Origin: a virus
Lineage: Duplodnaviria > Caudoviricetes
DNA: 44,316 nucleotides
Virus record (IMG/VR): IMGVR_UViG_3300025392_000357
Location: 1 to 44,316 of that record
Strand: one strand, 5' to 3'
Shown: piece after piece, positions 28,863 to 37,046 of the stretch
Layout of the letters: each line of letters opens with the position of its first letter
How positions within the stretch are numbered: position 1 is the first letter of the stretch
Notes under the pieces: generated by a model
Database searches by the model: none
What the model was told of the DNA's origin: nothing
What the model saw: the letters and a program-made list of their open reading frames with translations, nothing else
Position numbers and translations under genes: made by a program

Positions 28863-29374
28863 TGTTTAATTGGAAATATTTGAACAGTTGCTCTTACCAC
28901 TGGTGCATCTAAAGATACAGGCGTGGTGCAATGGGGCGCATTTGCCTTGTTAAACACCGCAGTATTAAATGTTGGTATGTACCCTTTAACATACCCAGGC
29001 TCATCTGCTAAGTACAAAAAATATCCACCCCAGTCTTTATCCCACACGGGGTTTAAATAAATAGTGATAGCATCCGCATATCCATCGTCATTGTGCCAAG
29101 GAATGTAGCTGAGTCTTGTCCACGCATAGTTCATAACACAGTACTTACTATGACTGATAAACCCCTTTCTTATAAGGTTGTTTAATATTAACTGCTTTAT
29201 GTTTTCAGGATATGAGCGCACCAATACTGAATGACTAGCTTTGACGATGCCCTGCGCCCACATAAAGTTGCTACACCATTGATCTTTAGGTTCTTTTAAA
29301 GTCTTTAGTGTGTCTTCGTACAACTCGTTACATAAACTTGCAGGCAAAACATCCGTGTGAATTAATACGCTCAT
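28859..29374 (-). CDS. 2OG-Fe(II) oxygenase, prolyl-hydroxylase-like
   Basis: IPWHND, IYLNPVWDKDWGG, PHCTTPV and RATVQIF. Confidence 0.85.
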   Translation of the reverse strand: MSVLIHTDVLPASLCNELYEDTLKTLKEPKDQWCSNFMWAQGIVKASHSVLVRSYPENIKQLILNNLIRKGFISHSKYCVMNYAWTRLSYIPWHNDDGYADAITIYLNPVWDKDWGGYFLYLADEPGYVKGYIPTFNTAVFNKANAPHCTTPVSLDAPVVRATVQIFPIKQ

Positions 29375-29589
29375 TGCTTTCTCCTTGTGTGTGATACGTT
29401 TGTTAAACTTACTCCCGGGTCTTCCTTTGCTACAACTCTCCTAAGCACGTTGTTAATTTGAGTGTTGTGCTTTGCCAAAAACGTGGCACTAAAACCTGTA
29501 CCAAAAGATCCGTATATTACTTCGTTTAAGGCTTGTGTAGCCCCATATAGCTCAATAATTTCTTCTTTAATTTCGTCTTTGGTTTTCAT
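29371..29589 (-). CDS. Hypothetical protein
   Basis: ATGA-coupled at both ends. Confidence 0.55.
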   Translation of the reverse strand: MKTKDEIKEEIIELYGATQALNEVIYGSFGTGFSATFLAKHNTQINNVLRRVVAKEDPGVSLTNVSHTRRKQ

Positions 29590-29828
29590 TCTTCTACCCT
29601 TTCATATGTCATTTCAAAAATTTCAGGCTTGCATGGATAGTGCTCATCCTTAACACCAGTGATAATCCAATCGCCAGGGGTGACTATATGCCCACCTTCA
29701 AGTGTTTCAATCCAACCCCATCCATGTTTTTCTGGGTCGTGATTAAAAAATTTTTTGACACGATCATGGTCGCCGTCTTTAAACCATTGCGTAGCTTCTA
29801 CTACCACAGGTCTTTTTTTAAATTTCAT
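29586..29828 (-). CDS. Phage protein, PGDYG-like
   Basis: KKRPVVVEATQW...IETLEG...PGDWIITGV..EHYPCKPEIFEMTYE. Confidence 0.8.
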   Translation of the reverse strand: MKFKKRPVVVEATQWFKDGDHDRVKKFFNHDPEKHGWGWIETLEGGHIVTPGDWIITGVKDEHYPCKPEIFEMTYERVEE

Positions 29829-30022
29829 TCTTGCCCCTTATATATTTCATCAAAAATCTTTTCAACCCCGGGCCTAACAGTCTCCATAAATGTTTGTGGT
29901 TTTTGCTCAGGCTCTTCTATTCCCTTTAACTTTCGCAGTTCCCTTTCCATTTCCTCAATTCTTCGTCTCAACGCCAAAATTTCATAAGCCTCTGGTGTCA
30001 TATAAAACTGTGAATGATCCAT
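29825..30022 (-). CDS. Hypothetical protein
   Basis: Coupled ORF ending KGQE. Confidence 0.6.
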   Translation of the reverse strand: MDHSQFYMTPEAYEILALRRRIEEMERELRKLKGIEEPEQKPQTFMETVRPGVEKIFDEIYKGQE

Positions 30023-30189
30023 TATTCTTGTCCCCTTGCTCGTATTCGATCACGAAATTCAAAATATTGAGGAGGTATCAATTCAGCACATTTTTCACGT
30101 TCGTCTTCAGCAATAGCATCAACAATAGTGCGTACCATACCCTCACTAAAGTGTTCCAAAAGTATTTGTACCGCTGTATCTTTAATCAT
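30022..30189 (-). CDS. Hypothetical protein, 55 aa, ERExCA..IRARG family (not in ORF track)
   Basis: Manual translation MIKDTAVQ...EREKCAEL...RIRARGQE; TAATG overlaps at both ends. Confidence 0.7.
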   Translation of the reverse strand: MIKDTAVQILLEHFSEGMVRTIVDAIAEDEREKCAELIPPQYFEFRDRIRARGQE

Positions 30190-30404
30190 TATTTACCCCT
30201 TGCGCGAATTAAATAAGCCAAATCAATTCCATCAGGATATTCAGATTCATCACACATCTTTGCACATTCTTCACGCTCTTTTTCCGCGCCAAGCTCAATA
30301 AGTTTGTTGCAAAATGAATCGAATGCAACAATATTAAAGTCACCACTGTGCATTGGCACTTTACAAATGTTCAATATTGCTGTCTGAATTTCATCTTTAG
30401 TCAT
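30189..30404 (-). CDS. Hypothetical protein, ERExCA..IRARG family
   Basis: MTKDEI...EREECAKMC...LIRARGK. Confidence 0.7.
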   Translation of the reverse strand: MTKDEIQTAILNICKVPMHSGDFNIVAFDSFCNKLIELGAEKEREECAKMCDESEYPDGIDLAYLIRARGK

Positions 30405-30510
30405 CTTTATCCTTTCTTATAAATTCAAAATAAACAGATAATAATGCGCCAACATATAAGCCTAATCCTGAGCTAACAAAAATCCAAAATATTTTCCATT
30501 CTTCACTCAT
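30397..30510 (-). CDS. 37-aa single-TM membrane peptide (not in ORF track)
   Basis: MSEEWKIFWIFVSSGLGLYVGALLSVYFEFIRKDKDD; AAGGAG RBS. Confidence 0.6.
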   Translation of the reverse strand: MSEEWKIFWIFVSSGLGLYVGALLSVYFEFIRKDKDD

Positions 30511-30512
30511 TC

Positions 30513-30749
30513 TTATCTCCTTGCTTGTATGTCAAAAATACATTTAAATGCGGTTTTCCTGATGTCGTCATTAGAGTGATTAAGGTACTTTTGACATTCT
30601 TGAATAAATATTTTTAAAATGTGATTTTCTATTTCCTCCGCAAACAACCACACATGGGGTTTCCACATTTCATTTTTATAGTATTGGGGGTCTACAATTC
30701 CCAATAATTCTGTCTTCTCAACTAATTTCATTATTTCTTCTTTAGTCAT
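30513..30749 (-). CDS. Hypothetical protein (MTKEEI N-terminus)
   Basis: ATG 30749 directly after the upstream stop. Confidence 0.6.
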   Translation of the reverse strand: MTKEEIMKLVEKTELLGIVDPQYYKNEMWKPHVWLFAEEIENHILKIFIQECQKYLNHSNDDIRKTAFKCIFDIQARR

Positions 30750-30750
30750 T

Positions 30751-31101
30751 TCAACCCCCGGGCATATCAGGCATACAGTTAATAGGATGTCTTGGCATAG
30801 AGTCAAGATTCGTGGAACCATCGTACTGAGTCACCCATATACAGCGCTTGTTTGTCCATACATAAGTTGCGTTGCACTCAGGCGAACCATAGCCTCCGTA
30901 GAAAGTCCAACCATGCATCAGTGGCTCTGCCTCAGCCAATGTCATTAGTTTTCCTTGGTCTTTCTTTTGAACCTTGTGGTCTGCCTTTTCTCCAAATCCG
31001 CCCCAGCCATAATCTCCAAAGACTATGCCTTCAACGGACTCTCCTTCTTCCAAGAACTCCATGAGTTCTTTATATGCATCTTCAAGATCTTCAATCATCA
31101 T
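30751..31101 (-). CDS. Hypothetical acidic protein
   Basis: 116 aa; GYGSPE..YVWT..QYDGST..PRHP; AGGAG RBS. Confidence 0.7.
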   Translation of the reverse strand: MMIEDLEDAYKELMEFLEEGESVEGIVFGDYGWGGFGEKADHKVQKKDQGKLMTLAEAEPLMHGWTFYGGYGSPECNATYVWTNKRCIWVTQYDGSTNLDSMPRHPINCMPDMPGG

Positions 31102-31204
31102 ACGCTCCTAATAAAAATATGACATAGCAAGATACTGCAAGTATCCACACAGCACCGAGACCGAGCACGGCAACGAGGAGCAAGTAGTTTAGTACTTCAT
31201 TCAT
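31091..31204 (-). CDS. 37-aa single-TM membrane peptide
   Basis: MNEVLNYLLLVAVLGLGAVWILAVSCYVIFLLGAYDD; paralogue of 28141-28254. Confidence 0.7.
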   Translation of the reverse strand: MNEVLNYLLLVAVLGLGAVWILAVSCYVIFLLGAYDD

Positions 31205-31388
31205 TGTTCTTTTCCTTTGTGTATAGCATCTTGTTAATCCACTCCTCTGTTGGCTGCACATACTCGCGTAGGAATTCATTAGATAAAACTTTGTACATCA
31301 TGGTCGAGCCAAGGTGTCTGCCGTCTACATCTTTTAAATCATTTGCAGCGATGAGTAACTTCTCTATTGAGTCAGGGTGTAGGTTCAT
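31197..31388 (-). CDS. Hypothetical protein
   Basis: ATGA coupling with AAGGAG RBS. Confidence 0.65.
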   Translation of the reverse strand: MNLHPDSIEKLLIAANDLKDVDGRHLGSTMMYKVLSNEFLREYVQPTEEWINKMLYTKEKNNE

Positions 31389-31414
31389 GTGTTGCGCTCC
31401 TTCAGCTTGGCTTC
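31384..31414. repeat. 31-bp direct repeat, copy 1 (gene end, RBS and next start)
   Basis: TTCATGTGTTGCGCTCCTTCAGCTTGGCTTC, identical at 31868-31898. Confidence 0.9.
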
Positions 31415-31675
31415 AAACGCTTGATATAAAGTTGTAGGGAACATCATGGTTGTACCGCCATCATCCCAATGCTCACCAACTAGCTTTTCAGTAGCTTCGT
31501 ATACTTCATAGATTTCTTCATTCGTCAACCCTACCCATTCTCTCCTCAATAAATTCTGAACATCGTTGCACATAACTTTTACTGAGTTATAACCTTCGGC
31601 ATCGCCACGGTCAGCGAGTTCATAGGCTTCTTGCATTATTCTGATTCTTATTGGTTCAAAATCTTTGTTATTCAT
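31385..31675 (-). CDS. Hypothetical protein, WVGLT..EAKLKERNT family
   Basis: REWVGLTNEEI...FEAKLKERNT. Confidence 0.7.
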   Translation of the reverse strand: MNNKDFEPIRIRIMQEAYELADRGDAEGYNSVKVMCNDVQNLLRREWVGLTNEEIYEVYEATEKLVGEHWDDGGTTMMFPTTLYQAFEAKLKERNT

Positions 31676-31872
31676 GTGTTTTTTTCCTTCTTTACCTCTT
31701 TCCACTCCCCGCCTTCGACTGGTTGCCAACCATGCGTCTCGGTCAATACTTCATTTTGATGCCACTGCTCAAGAATGGTGATGGTTCGATTTTGATTGTC
31801 GTTAGAGTCGTAAGAATAAAAATTTTTATCTATCCATCTAAGTTGTGGTGTTGGTGCTAGTCTTCTATTCAT
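31672..31872 (-). CDS. Hypothetical protein
   Basis: PTPQLRW...ILEQW...GEWKEV; coupled at both ends. Confidence 0.65.
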   Translation of the reverse strand: MNRRLAPTPQLRWIDKNFYSYDSNDNQNRTITILEQWHQNEVLTETHGWQPVEGGEWKEVKKEKNT

Positions 31873-31898
31873 GTGTTGCGCTCCTTCAGCTTGGCTTC
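31868..31898. repeat. 31-bp direct repeat, copy 2
   Basis: Identical to 31384-31414. Confidence 0.9.
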
Positions 31899-32045
31899 TA
31901 TTGTTTGAGCAAATAAAAATAATCTATCAGGGTCTTCAACATAAGAATGACGAAAGAAAAACTCAACTTCATTTTTTACCTCTTCTTTAGTTAACCCTAC
32001 CCATTCTTTAGGCTCATCTTCTTCTTGCTTTACTTCTTTAGTCAT
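31869..32045 (-). CDS. Hypothetical protein, WVGLT..EAKLKERNT family
   Basis: MTKEVKQ...KEWVGLTKEEV...IEAKLKERNT. Confidence 0.7.
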   Translation of the reverse strand: MTKEVKQEEDEPKEWVGLTKEEVKNEVEFFFRHSYVEDPDRLFLFAQTIEAKLKERNT

Positions 32046-32233
32046 TAGATACTCCCATGCAATACACGCTTGCGACATTCATCCCTAACTTGAATTGGTA
32101 TATCAGGCGTGATCTCTGACCAGTCGCATCTGTAAATCACAAAGCCTTGATGGGGCGCAAGTGACCAGATGCCAAGCGTAGTTATAGTCGAGCAAACGAC
32201 GGCTACCAATATGAATTTAAATACGTCACTCAT
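32045..32233 (-). CDS. Small membrane-anchored protein
   Basis: GAGGAG RBS; N-terminal TM; YRCDWSEITPDIP...ECRK. Confidence 0.7.
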   Translation of the reverse strand: MSDVFKFILVAVVCSTITTLGIWSLAPHQGFVIYRCDWSEITPDIPIQVRDECRKRVLHGSI

Positions 32234-32441
32234 AGTAACTCCTCGATATAAGACCCATAACTGCGTACGTGCAGATAGCAAACAAAACGCTAAGAACGAC
32301 TGTGTCAGTCGTGATTGTTGACTCGATGCCAAGCACGGCTTTTTGTACCCAGTCTTGGTCAGGATTGTGGTGGTTGTGTTTCGGCTCATAGTAGATACCG
32401 ATCTTGACTTTGCCTGTGTCGTATGGTGTCATCCTACTCAT
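32226..32441 (-). CDS. Small protein with C-terminal TM
   Basis: TPYDTGKVKIG..Y..P...DQDWVQKAVLG; ATGA coupling at 32438-32441. Confidence 0.65.
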   Translation of the reverse strand: MSRMTPYDTGKVKIGIYYEPKHNHHNPDQDWVQKAVLGIESTITTDTVVLSVLFAICTYAVMGLISRSYYE

Positions 32442-32542
32442 GGCTGAACACCCATTAGTTTTATGATTAGTACTAAGTGTCGATTTACTTCTAGCAGTTC
32501 TATCCAACACAGTATTACCATCAGCCATATAGATAATTTCAT
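32438..32542 (-). CDS. 34-aa hydrophobic peptide (not in ORF track)
   Basis: AAGGAGAAAGCG RBS; MKLSIWLMVILCWIELLEVNRHLVLIIKLMGVQP. Confidence 0.55.
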   Translation of the reverse strand: MKLSIWLMVILCWIELLEVNRHLVLIIKLMGVQP

Positions 32543-32557
32543 TACGCTTTCTCCTTT

Positions 32558-32947
32558 TCATTTACGTCTCTCCAATATAGGAAGGTTTGCCTCTGTGGGT
32601 ACGTAGATAATTTGATTTTGAGTATGTTCAAGGTTGTTGATATACAGATAGCGTAGGTATGCTTCGTTGTTGTTGAGTGAGTCACCTATGATCTTGTTTG
32701 CCTTTGCTACACCCTCGGCACGTATGACTTCAGCATCTGCTAATAACTTAGCGGACTCCATCTTGGCGTGCGCCTCTTGTACGGCTACTTGCTTGGAGTA
32801 GTTGGCTTTCGCCAACTCGGCCTCGCCTCGCAAACCTTGCTCATACACATCGTATATCGGCATGCCGTACATACACCCACCAATACATAAAACAAACATC
32901 GCTAAAGTAAATAGCCCTGCTCTAATTAAAAATTTAAAATCGTTCAT
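32558..32947 (-). CDS. SPFH/band-7 (stomatin/prohibitin)-like membrane protein
   Basis: N-terminal TM, A/E-rich coiled coil (AEVIRAEGVAKANKII), YLRYLYI..IIYVPTE. Confidence 0.7.
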   Translation of the reverse strand: MNDFKFLIRAGLFTLAMFVLCIGGCMYGMPIYDVYEQGLRGEAELAKANYSKQVAVQEAHAKMESAKLLADAEVIRAEGVAKANKIIGDSLNNNEAYLRYLYINNLEHTQNQIIYVPTEANLPILERRK

Positions 32948-33438
32948 ACTGTACCTCCAAAATATTTATGCAACTCCACATACAAAGCCTTGGCTTGTTG
33001 TAGCGATATGTCTCTGAGTAACCCCTCGATGTTCCAACGTACAACAGGCACTTCATTCTTAGGCTCGGGTGCTGCTGCGGGTGGGCGTGTTGTTATGACG
33101 ATTTTCTTTTTCTTGGCGTTGTTTAGCTTTGTGCCGTGTGCTTTGGCAAATGTTAATAAAGGCGTGTACTTATCTGTCTTGGCAAACAACTCATTGCACA
33201 CAGGGTCTCGCACCACCATGCCTACCTTTATGAATTGCCCGATCATGGTCTCGGTCGTGACTGTCTTGATACCTTGCTTGTACATGGCATCTATGACATT
33301 TTTAGATACACATCCCTCGTTGTCTCTGATGTAATTAAATATGATTTCGCTTTTTGACATTTGCTTCTCCTCTTGTTTATCTTCTGGTTCTGTCCACTCA
33401 TTGATGGCTTTTTGTAGTGCGTCTTGTAGTGATGGCAT
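32944..33438 (-). CDS. Hypothetical protein, possible winged-helix
   Basis: AAGGAGG RBS; IFNYIRDN..G helix-turn pattern; second in-frame start at 33360. Confidence 0.65.
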   Translation of the reverse strand: MPSLQDALQKAINEWTEPEDKQEEKQMSKSEIIFNYIRDNEGCVSKNVIDAMYKQGIKTVTTETMIGQFIKVGMVVRDPVCNELFAKTDKYTPLLTFAKAHGTKLNNAKKKKIVITTRPPAAAPEPKNEVPVVRWNIEGLLRDISLQQAKALYVELHKYFGGTV

Positions 33439-33648
33439 TTACTCCTCCTTGTCGTTGTGTCTAACATTATACATATTTTGCAGGTCATCGAACCTAGCAA
33501 GCAGGCTGCGCATCAGCCCATACTTATGGTCGTTCTGTTCAAAGTTAGCGCTTACTGATACAGCAAGGCGCAGGGCTTGGCATATCAGGTCTATCTCCTT
33601 ATCGTGCAGTACGATGGATTTGGATACATTCGGTTTACTTTTAATCAT
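33439..33648 (-). CDS. Hypothetical protein
   Basis: AAGGAGAAAGCAA RBS. Confidence 0.65.
   Translation of the reverse strand: MIKSKPNVSKSIVLHDKEIDLICQALRLAVSVSANFEQNDHKYGLMRSLLARFDDLQNMYNVRHNDKEE
33458..33473. promoter_or_regulatory. Operator-like palindrome containing a TATAAT box
   Basis: TGTCTAACATTATACA has 2 mismatches to TGTCTAACGTTAGACA. The minus strand reads TG-TATAAT-GTTAGACA, 20 nt upstream of ATG 33438. Confidence 0.45.
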
Positions 33649-33671
33649 TTGCTTTCTCCTTGGTTAAAAAA

Positions 33672-33688
33672 CGGGTCAGACTGACCCG
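33672..33688. repeat. 17-bp palindromic element, copy 1
   Basis: CGGGTCAG-A-CTGACCCG flanked by A6/A4. Confidence 0.95.
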
Positions 33689-33707
33689 AAAATCATGATT
33701 GCTGAAG

Positions 33708-34829
33708 TTACACGTACGCATACACCGAGTCGAACAAGTCGATCAGTAATGTGTCAGGGTCTTCGACCCACGCACGAGCGAGTGCCTCGCTTATCCATTC
33801 ATCCGTTATGCGACTGCGGTCGATCATCTTGATCGCCATGTCTACGTCCTCTGGGTACACCGCCTCAGCCATAAGCTCGAGCAAGAAGTCACACATACCT
33901 ACCTGTGCATCGAGTAGTGCATCTTGTACGTCAGCCATGAAGCACTCTTTGTAAGACATCATGTCCTTGCCGTAACTAAATGAGTTGTCGGTAGTCTTGT
34001 CCCAGTTGTATGTATAGCCACCGTATGCGTAGTCTGACTGATCCCACTTGCTCTCACGTATCTTAGGGTCACGACTGGTTGGAAGTAAGTCCCAGTCCAT
34101 GTGTATGACACGATCAGCAAGGGCTTGGAAGTGGACAAGGTCAAGCGACTCAAACTCGCTATGCTCACGGTCGTAGCCTACGCTGATATTCGTACACTCG
34201 GGGATGATGTCAACAAACTCTGCGGTATCTGTATACACACCGCTATCGTCAGGCGAGTACATGAGCGCCATGCTGACATTGAGTGCATCGGATAAGTCCT
34301 GTGCAAACACATCGCTACAACACCGTGACCAACCCTGATGTGTAATGACCGAGTCAATGCCACGCCTATCGAACGCAACCGCACGGTCAAACTCAGCGAG
34401 TAGCTCGGGATAGTTCTTAGCCACATACTTAGCACCGATGCCACCTACTTCCTCACCTTGCGTAAAGATATAGTAGCCATTCACACCCTCGTGCATCATG
34501 TGCATAAGCAAGGCAATACCCGCACCGTCATCGGCACCGAGGGGCGCACCACACGCAGACCATTTGGTTGCAGTCATGGTGATATTGTTCTTACCCTCGA
34601 CCTTGTGCACAGTATCTACATGAGATACGAATAGTGTGCGGTGTCTTGACTCGGTGCGGTAATCCACATGCAAATTGCCACACGCATCAATAAAGGACTT
34701 GTCCCATACCTCACGTGGGCATGTGGTTGCTATCCAATTGGTGAAGTCAATGTTGGTGATTGACTTGTGTGGTCGCTTAAGACTAAGTGCGTACTTGAGT
34801 GTTTTGTATAGTGTAGATTTCTTATTCAT
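33708..34829 (-). CDS. Zn-dependent exopeptidase, M28/M20-like
   Basis: SHVDTV, LGADDGAG, GEEVG, AFDRRG, YTD and EH metal-ligand motifs. Confidence 0.85.
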   Translation of the reverse strand: MNKKSTLYKTLKYALSLKRPHKSITNIDFTNWIATTCPREVWDKSFIDACGNLHVDYRTESRHRTLFVSHVDTVHKVEGKNNITMTATKWSACGAPLGADDGAGIALLMHMMHEGVNGYYIFTQGEEVGGIGAKYVAKNYPELLAEFDRAVAFDRRGIDSVITHQGWSRCCSDVFAQDLSDALNVSMALMYSPDDSGVYTDTAEFVDIIPECTNISVGYDREHSEFESLDLVHFQALADRVIHMDWDLLPTSRDPKIRESKWDQSDYAYGGYTYNWDKTTDNSFSYGKDMMSYKECFMADVQDALLDAQVGMCDFLLELMAEAVYPEDVDMAIKMIDRSRITDEWISEALARAWVEDPDTLLIDLFDSVYAYV

Positions 34830-36120
34830 TTGTTTCTTCCTTGGTTGTTTGTTCAGGCGCATGGTCTGTGTGGTAAATGTTGCCGTCTATCTCGACAGAG
34901 TCGGTGCAGTCGTTTGTGTACCAGTTGAATGACTCCTCGCATTGCCAGCAGTCTTCTCTAAGCTCATACTCATTGCTATCCTCAGCGTAGCAGATGCGGT
35001 AATCGTCAGACTGGTAGTACTCACCATCGCTCTCAATAAAGATCACGTCCTCACGTCTGTGGTAGTCACCGTCTCTGTCACACACGATCTCATTGTCATC
35101 GAGGTAGTCTGTATCGTAGTAGTCACCTTGAACGGCAACGACATTGTCCTCGGGTATGTGGTACTGGTTACCTCTGCGTGAGTACGCATAGATGTAGTTG
35201 TTTATGCAAGTCTCACACACGCCTCGGTCTTCATGTATGCCGACCCAGTAACCGTCACCGTCATCGTAACCGTCACCGCAATCCTCGCATGTGTTCTCAT
35301 GTGCCTCACGTGTTACGCCTGCCGTGTTGTCCATCTCATACTCGCCGTCAGAGTCAATGAGGAAGTACCGTTCGCCTGATACAGACTTGAGCGTTGCCTG
35401 CTTTACGTTGCCGTCAAGATACGGTGCGACCCAGTCACCGTTGCGATGCTCGATAGCTTTGAGTTTGAGACCCTCCCAGTCGTTCGCTTTTGTATACCCC
35501 TGAGACTTGAGCCACGCCTCTAACTGCTCATCGCTATGCGAGTAGCCGTCATTGTTCTTGCGGTATGAGCGAACGAATATCTTGTTCTCAGGGTCGCTAT
35601 CGTTGACTAGCGCACGACCGACTGTGTCGTTGCCGTCCTCACGTACTGCCATAGCCCAACCGTAACGTGGGTCATAACATTCGTAGGGATGCGTAGCAAA
35701 AGAACTGTTGACCATGCAAGACCTTGGACCACGTTGCAAGTGGTAGATCATCTCGGCGGTTGTGCGTACGATCTTGATGCCGTTTGCCACATGTAATGCT
35801 TGGATGTCACGTATCTCATGGTCGGACAAGTCAGGGAAATGTCTGCGCAGATACTTGCCAATGGTTGTAACAGTCTGACGATCTGCCTCACCTGCTCGGT
35901 CATCTTGTGTGTAAGCGATGCGACCAGGGTCGGTGTCGGACTTGTAAGGATGCTCTAGCACCAGTTGATGCCAGTCTTTGGGACGGGCTAACTCGAACGC
36001 ATCCCAGATCGCAGGATGTACACGGTGTTTGTAGTACTCCCTATGATACCAAGGGCGTGATCTGCGCAGCACCTCCTGTAATAAAAAGACCCATTGTGTT
36101 GTAACAAGTTGCTTAGTCAT
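34822..36120 (-). CDS. Large early protein with SCM motif, Zn ribbon and acidic repeats
   Basis: GPRSCMV...VGRALV...PYLDG, then CEDC..CETC and Asp/Tyr-rich repeats; AAGGAGAAAGCAA RBS. Confidence 0.75.
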   Translation of the reverse strand: MTKQLVTTQWVFLLQEVLRRSRPWYHREYYKHRVHPAIWDAFELARPKDWHQLVLEHPYKSDTDPGRIAYTQDDRAGEADRQTVTTIGKYLRRHFPDLSDHEIRDIQALHVANGIKIVRTTAEMIYHLQRGPRSCMVNSSFATHPYECYDPRYGWAMAVREDGNDTVGRALVNDSDPENKIFVRSYRKNNDGYSHSDEQLEAWLKSQGYTKANDWEGLKLKAIEHRNGDWVAPYLDGNVKQATLKSVSGERYFLIDSDGEYEMDNTAGVTREAHENTCEDCGDGYDDGDGYWVGIHEDRGVCETCINNYIYAYSRRGNQYHIPEDNVVAVQGDYYDTDYLDDNEIVCDRDGDYHRREDVIFIESDGEYYQSDDYRICYAEDSNEYELREDCWQCEESFNWYTNDCTDSVEIDGNIYHTDHAPEQTTKEETNE

Positions 36121-36290
36121 TTGCTTTCTCCTTTTAGTGTTTTAATGATCAATGCTTTTGCTTCCTTGATTGTGTCGAAACAGTTGTCACCGTTCTCATC
36201 CTCCAAGTAGGTATCGTTTGGCACATCGAGCGCCATGAACCCATTGCTCGTTTCTTGGATTTGATATTTCAAAACAGTTTGTTCACTCAT
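36117..36290 (-). CDS. Small acidic protein, 57 aa (not in ORF track)
   Basis: MSEQTVLKYQIQ...LKGESK; strong RBS; ATGA coupling. Confidence 0.7.
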   Translation of the reverse strand: MSEQTVLKYQIQETSNGFMALDVPNDTYLEDENGDNCFDTIKEAKALIIKTLKGESK

Positions 36291-36325
36291 TTGCTTTCTC
36301 CTTTGTGGTTAGTGTTTTACAAAAA

Positions 36326-36342
36326 CGGGTCAGTCTGACCCG
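36326..36342. repeat. 17-bp palindromic element, copy 2
   Basis: CGGGTCAG-T-CTGACCCG; supplies the TGA stop of 36330-37046. Confidence 0.95.
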
Positions 36343-37046
36343 AAATCTTCTAGCCCATGCCACGTGTGTGGCACGGCATCGCTTGGCTTTAGCTGCTCGA
36401 TGATCGTGATTGCTTGCTTCATCTGCGCTATGCGACTGGCTCGCTCCTCGGTAGGCTCGATCAGTTGCTCGGTCTCAGCGTTGCCCAGTTCCTTTTGGGT
36501 ACGGACAAGCAGAGTTTGTTTCTGTTTGGTATTGGGTCGCTTGGTTCTTTGGAACGGTACTTTGCGCTTAGTCTTTGGTGCGTGGGGTATCGCCTCGAAT
36601 AGCATGGCTATCTCTGTGCGCTTGGATGTGGGTATCCAATCCGTCCAATGATCTCCGTTGTTGGGGATGTCTGCATCTTTGGCTATGGTAGACGGGGTCA
36701 TCGGCTTATCTGTCTCCTCATCTCTAAGCAACTGGAGTGCCTCAAATTTAATCAACAGTTTCTCCATCAGTTTGATGTACGCACTAAACGCAACATCTCG
36801 CTCGGGTTTGTGTTTGCCGTCATGCTTTGCCCCGACCTTGGCGTTGGAGAGTTCGTACTTGAGTGGTGAGATGAGCCGTGACCATAACTTTCTGTGTTGT
36901 AGTCTTAGCATCTTGTCTGACCTCTGCGCTTTCTTTGCTTTGAGTATCTCTGCTTTCTTTTGTTCGAGTGCATCAGGTTGTGCTATGCGTTTGCTTAGTC
37001 TGTTGTGCAACTCTTGCGGTTTCATTTGCATGTAAGTTTTTGTCAT
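36330..37046 (-). CDS. Basic hypothetical early protein
   Basis: 238 aa, AAGGA RBS, NNGDHWTDWIP; ends FGSD. Confidence 0.75.
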   Translation of the reverse strand: MTKTYMQMKPQELHNRLSKRIAQPDALEQKKAEILKAKKAQRSDKMLRLQHRKLWSRLISPLKYELSNAKVGAKHDGKHKPERDVAFSAYIKLMEKLLIKFEALQLLRDEETDKPMTPSTIAKDADIPNNGDHWTDWIPTSKRTEIAMLFEAIPHAPKTKRKVPFQRTKRPNTKQKQTLLVRTQKELGNAETEQLIEPTEERASRIAQMKQAITIIEQLKPSDAVPHTWHGLEDFGSD

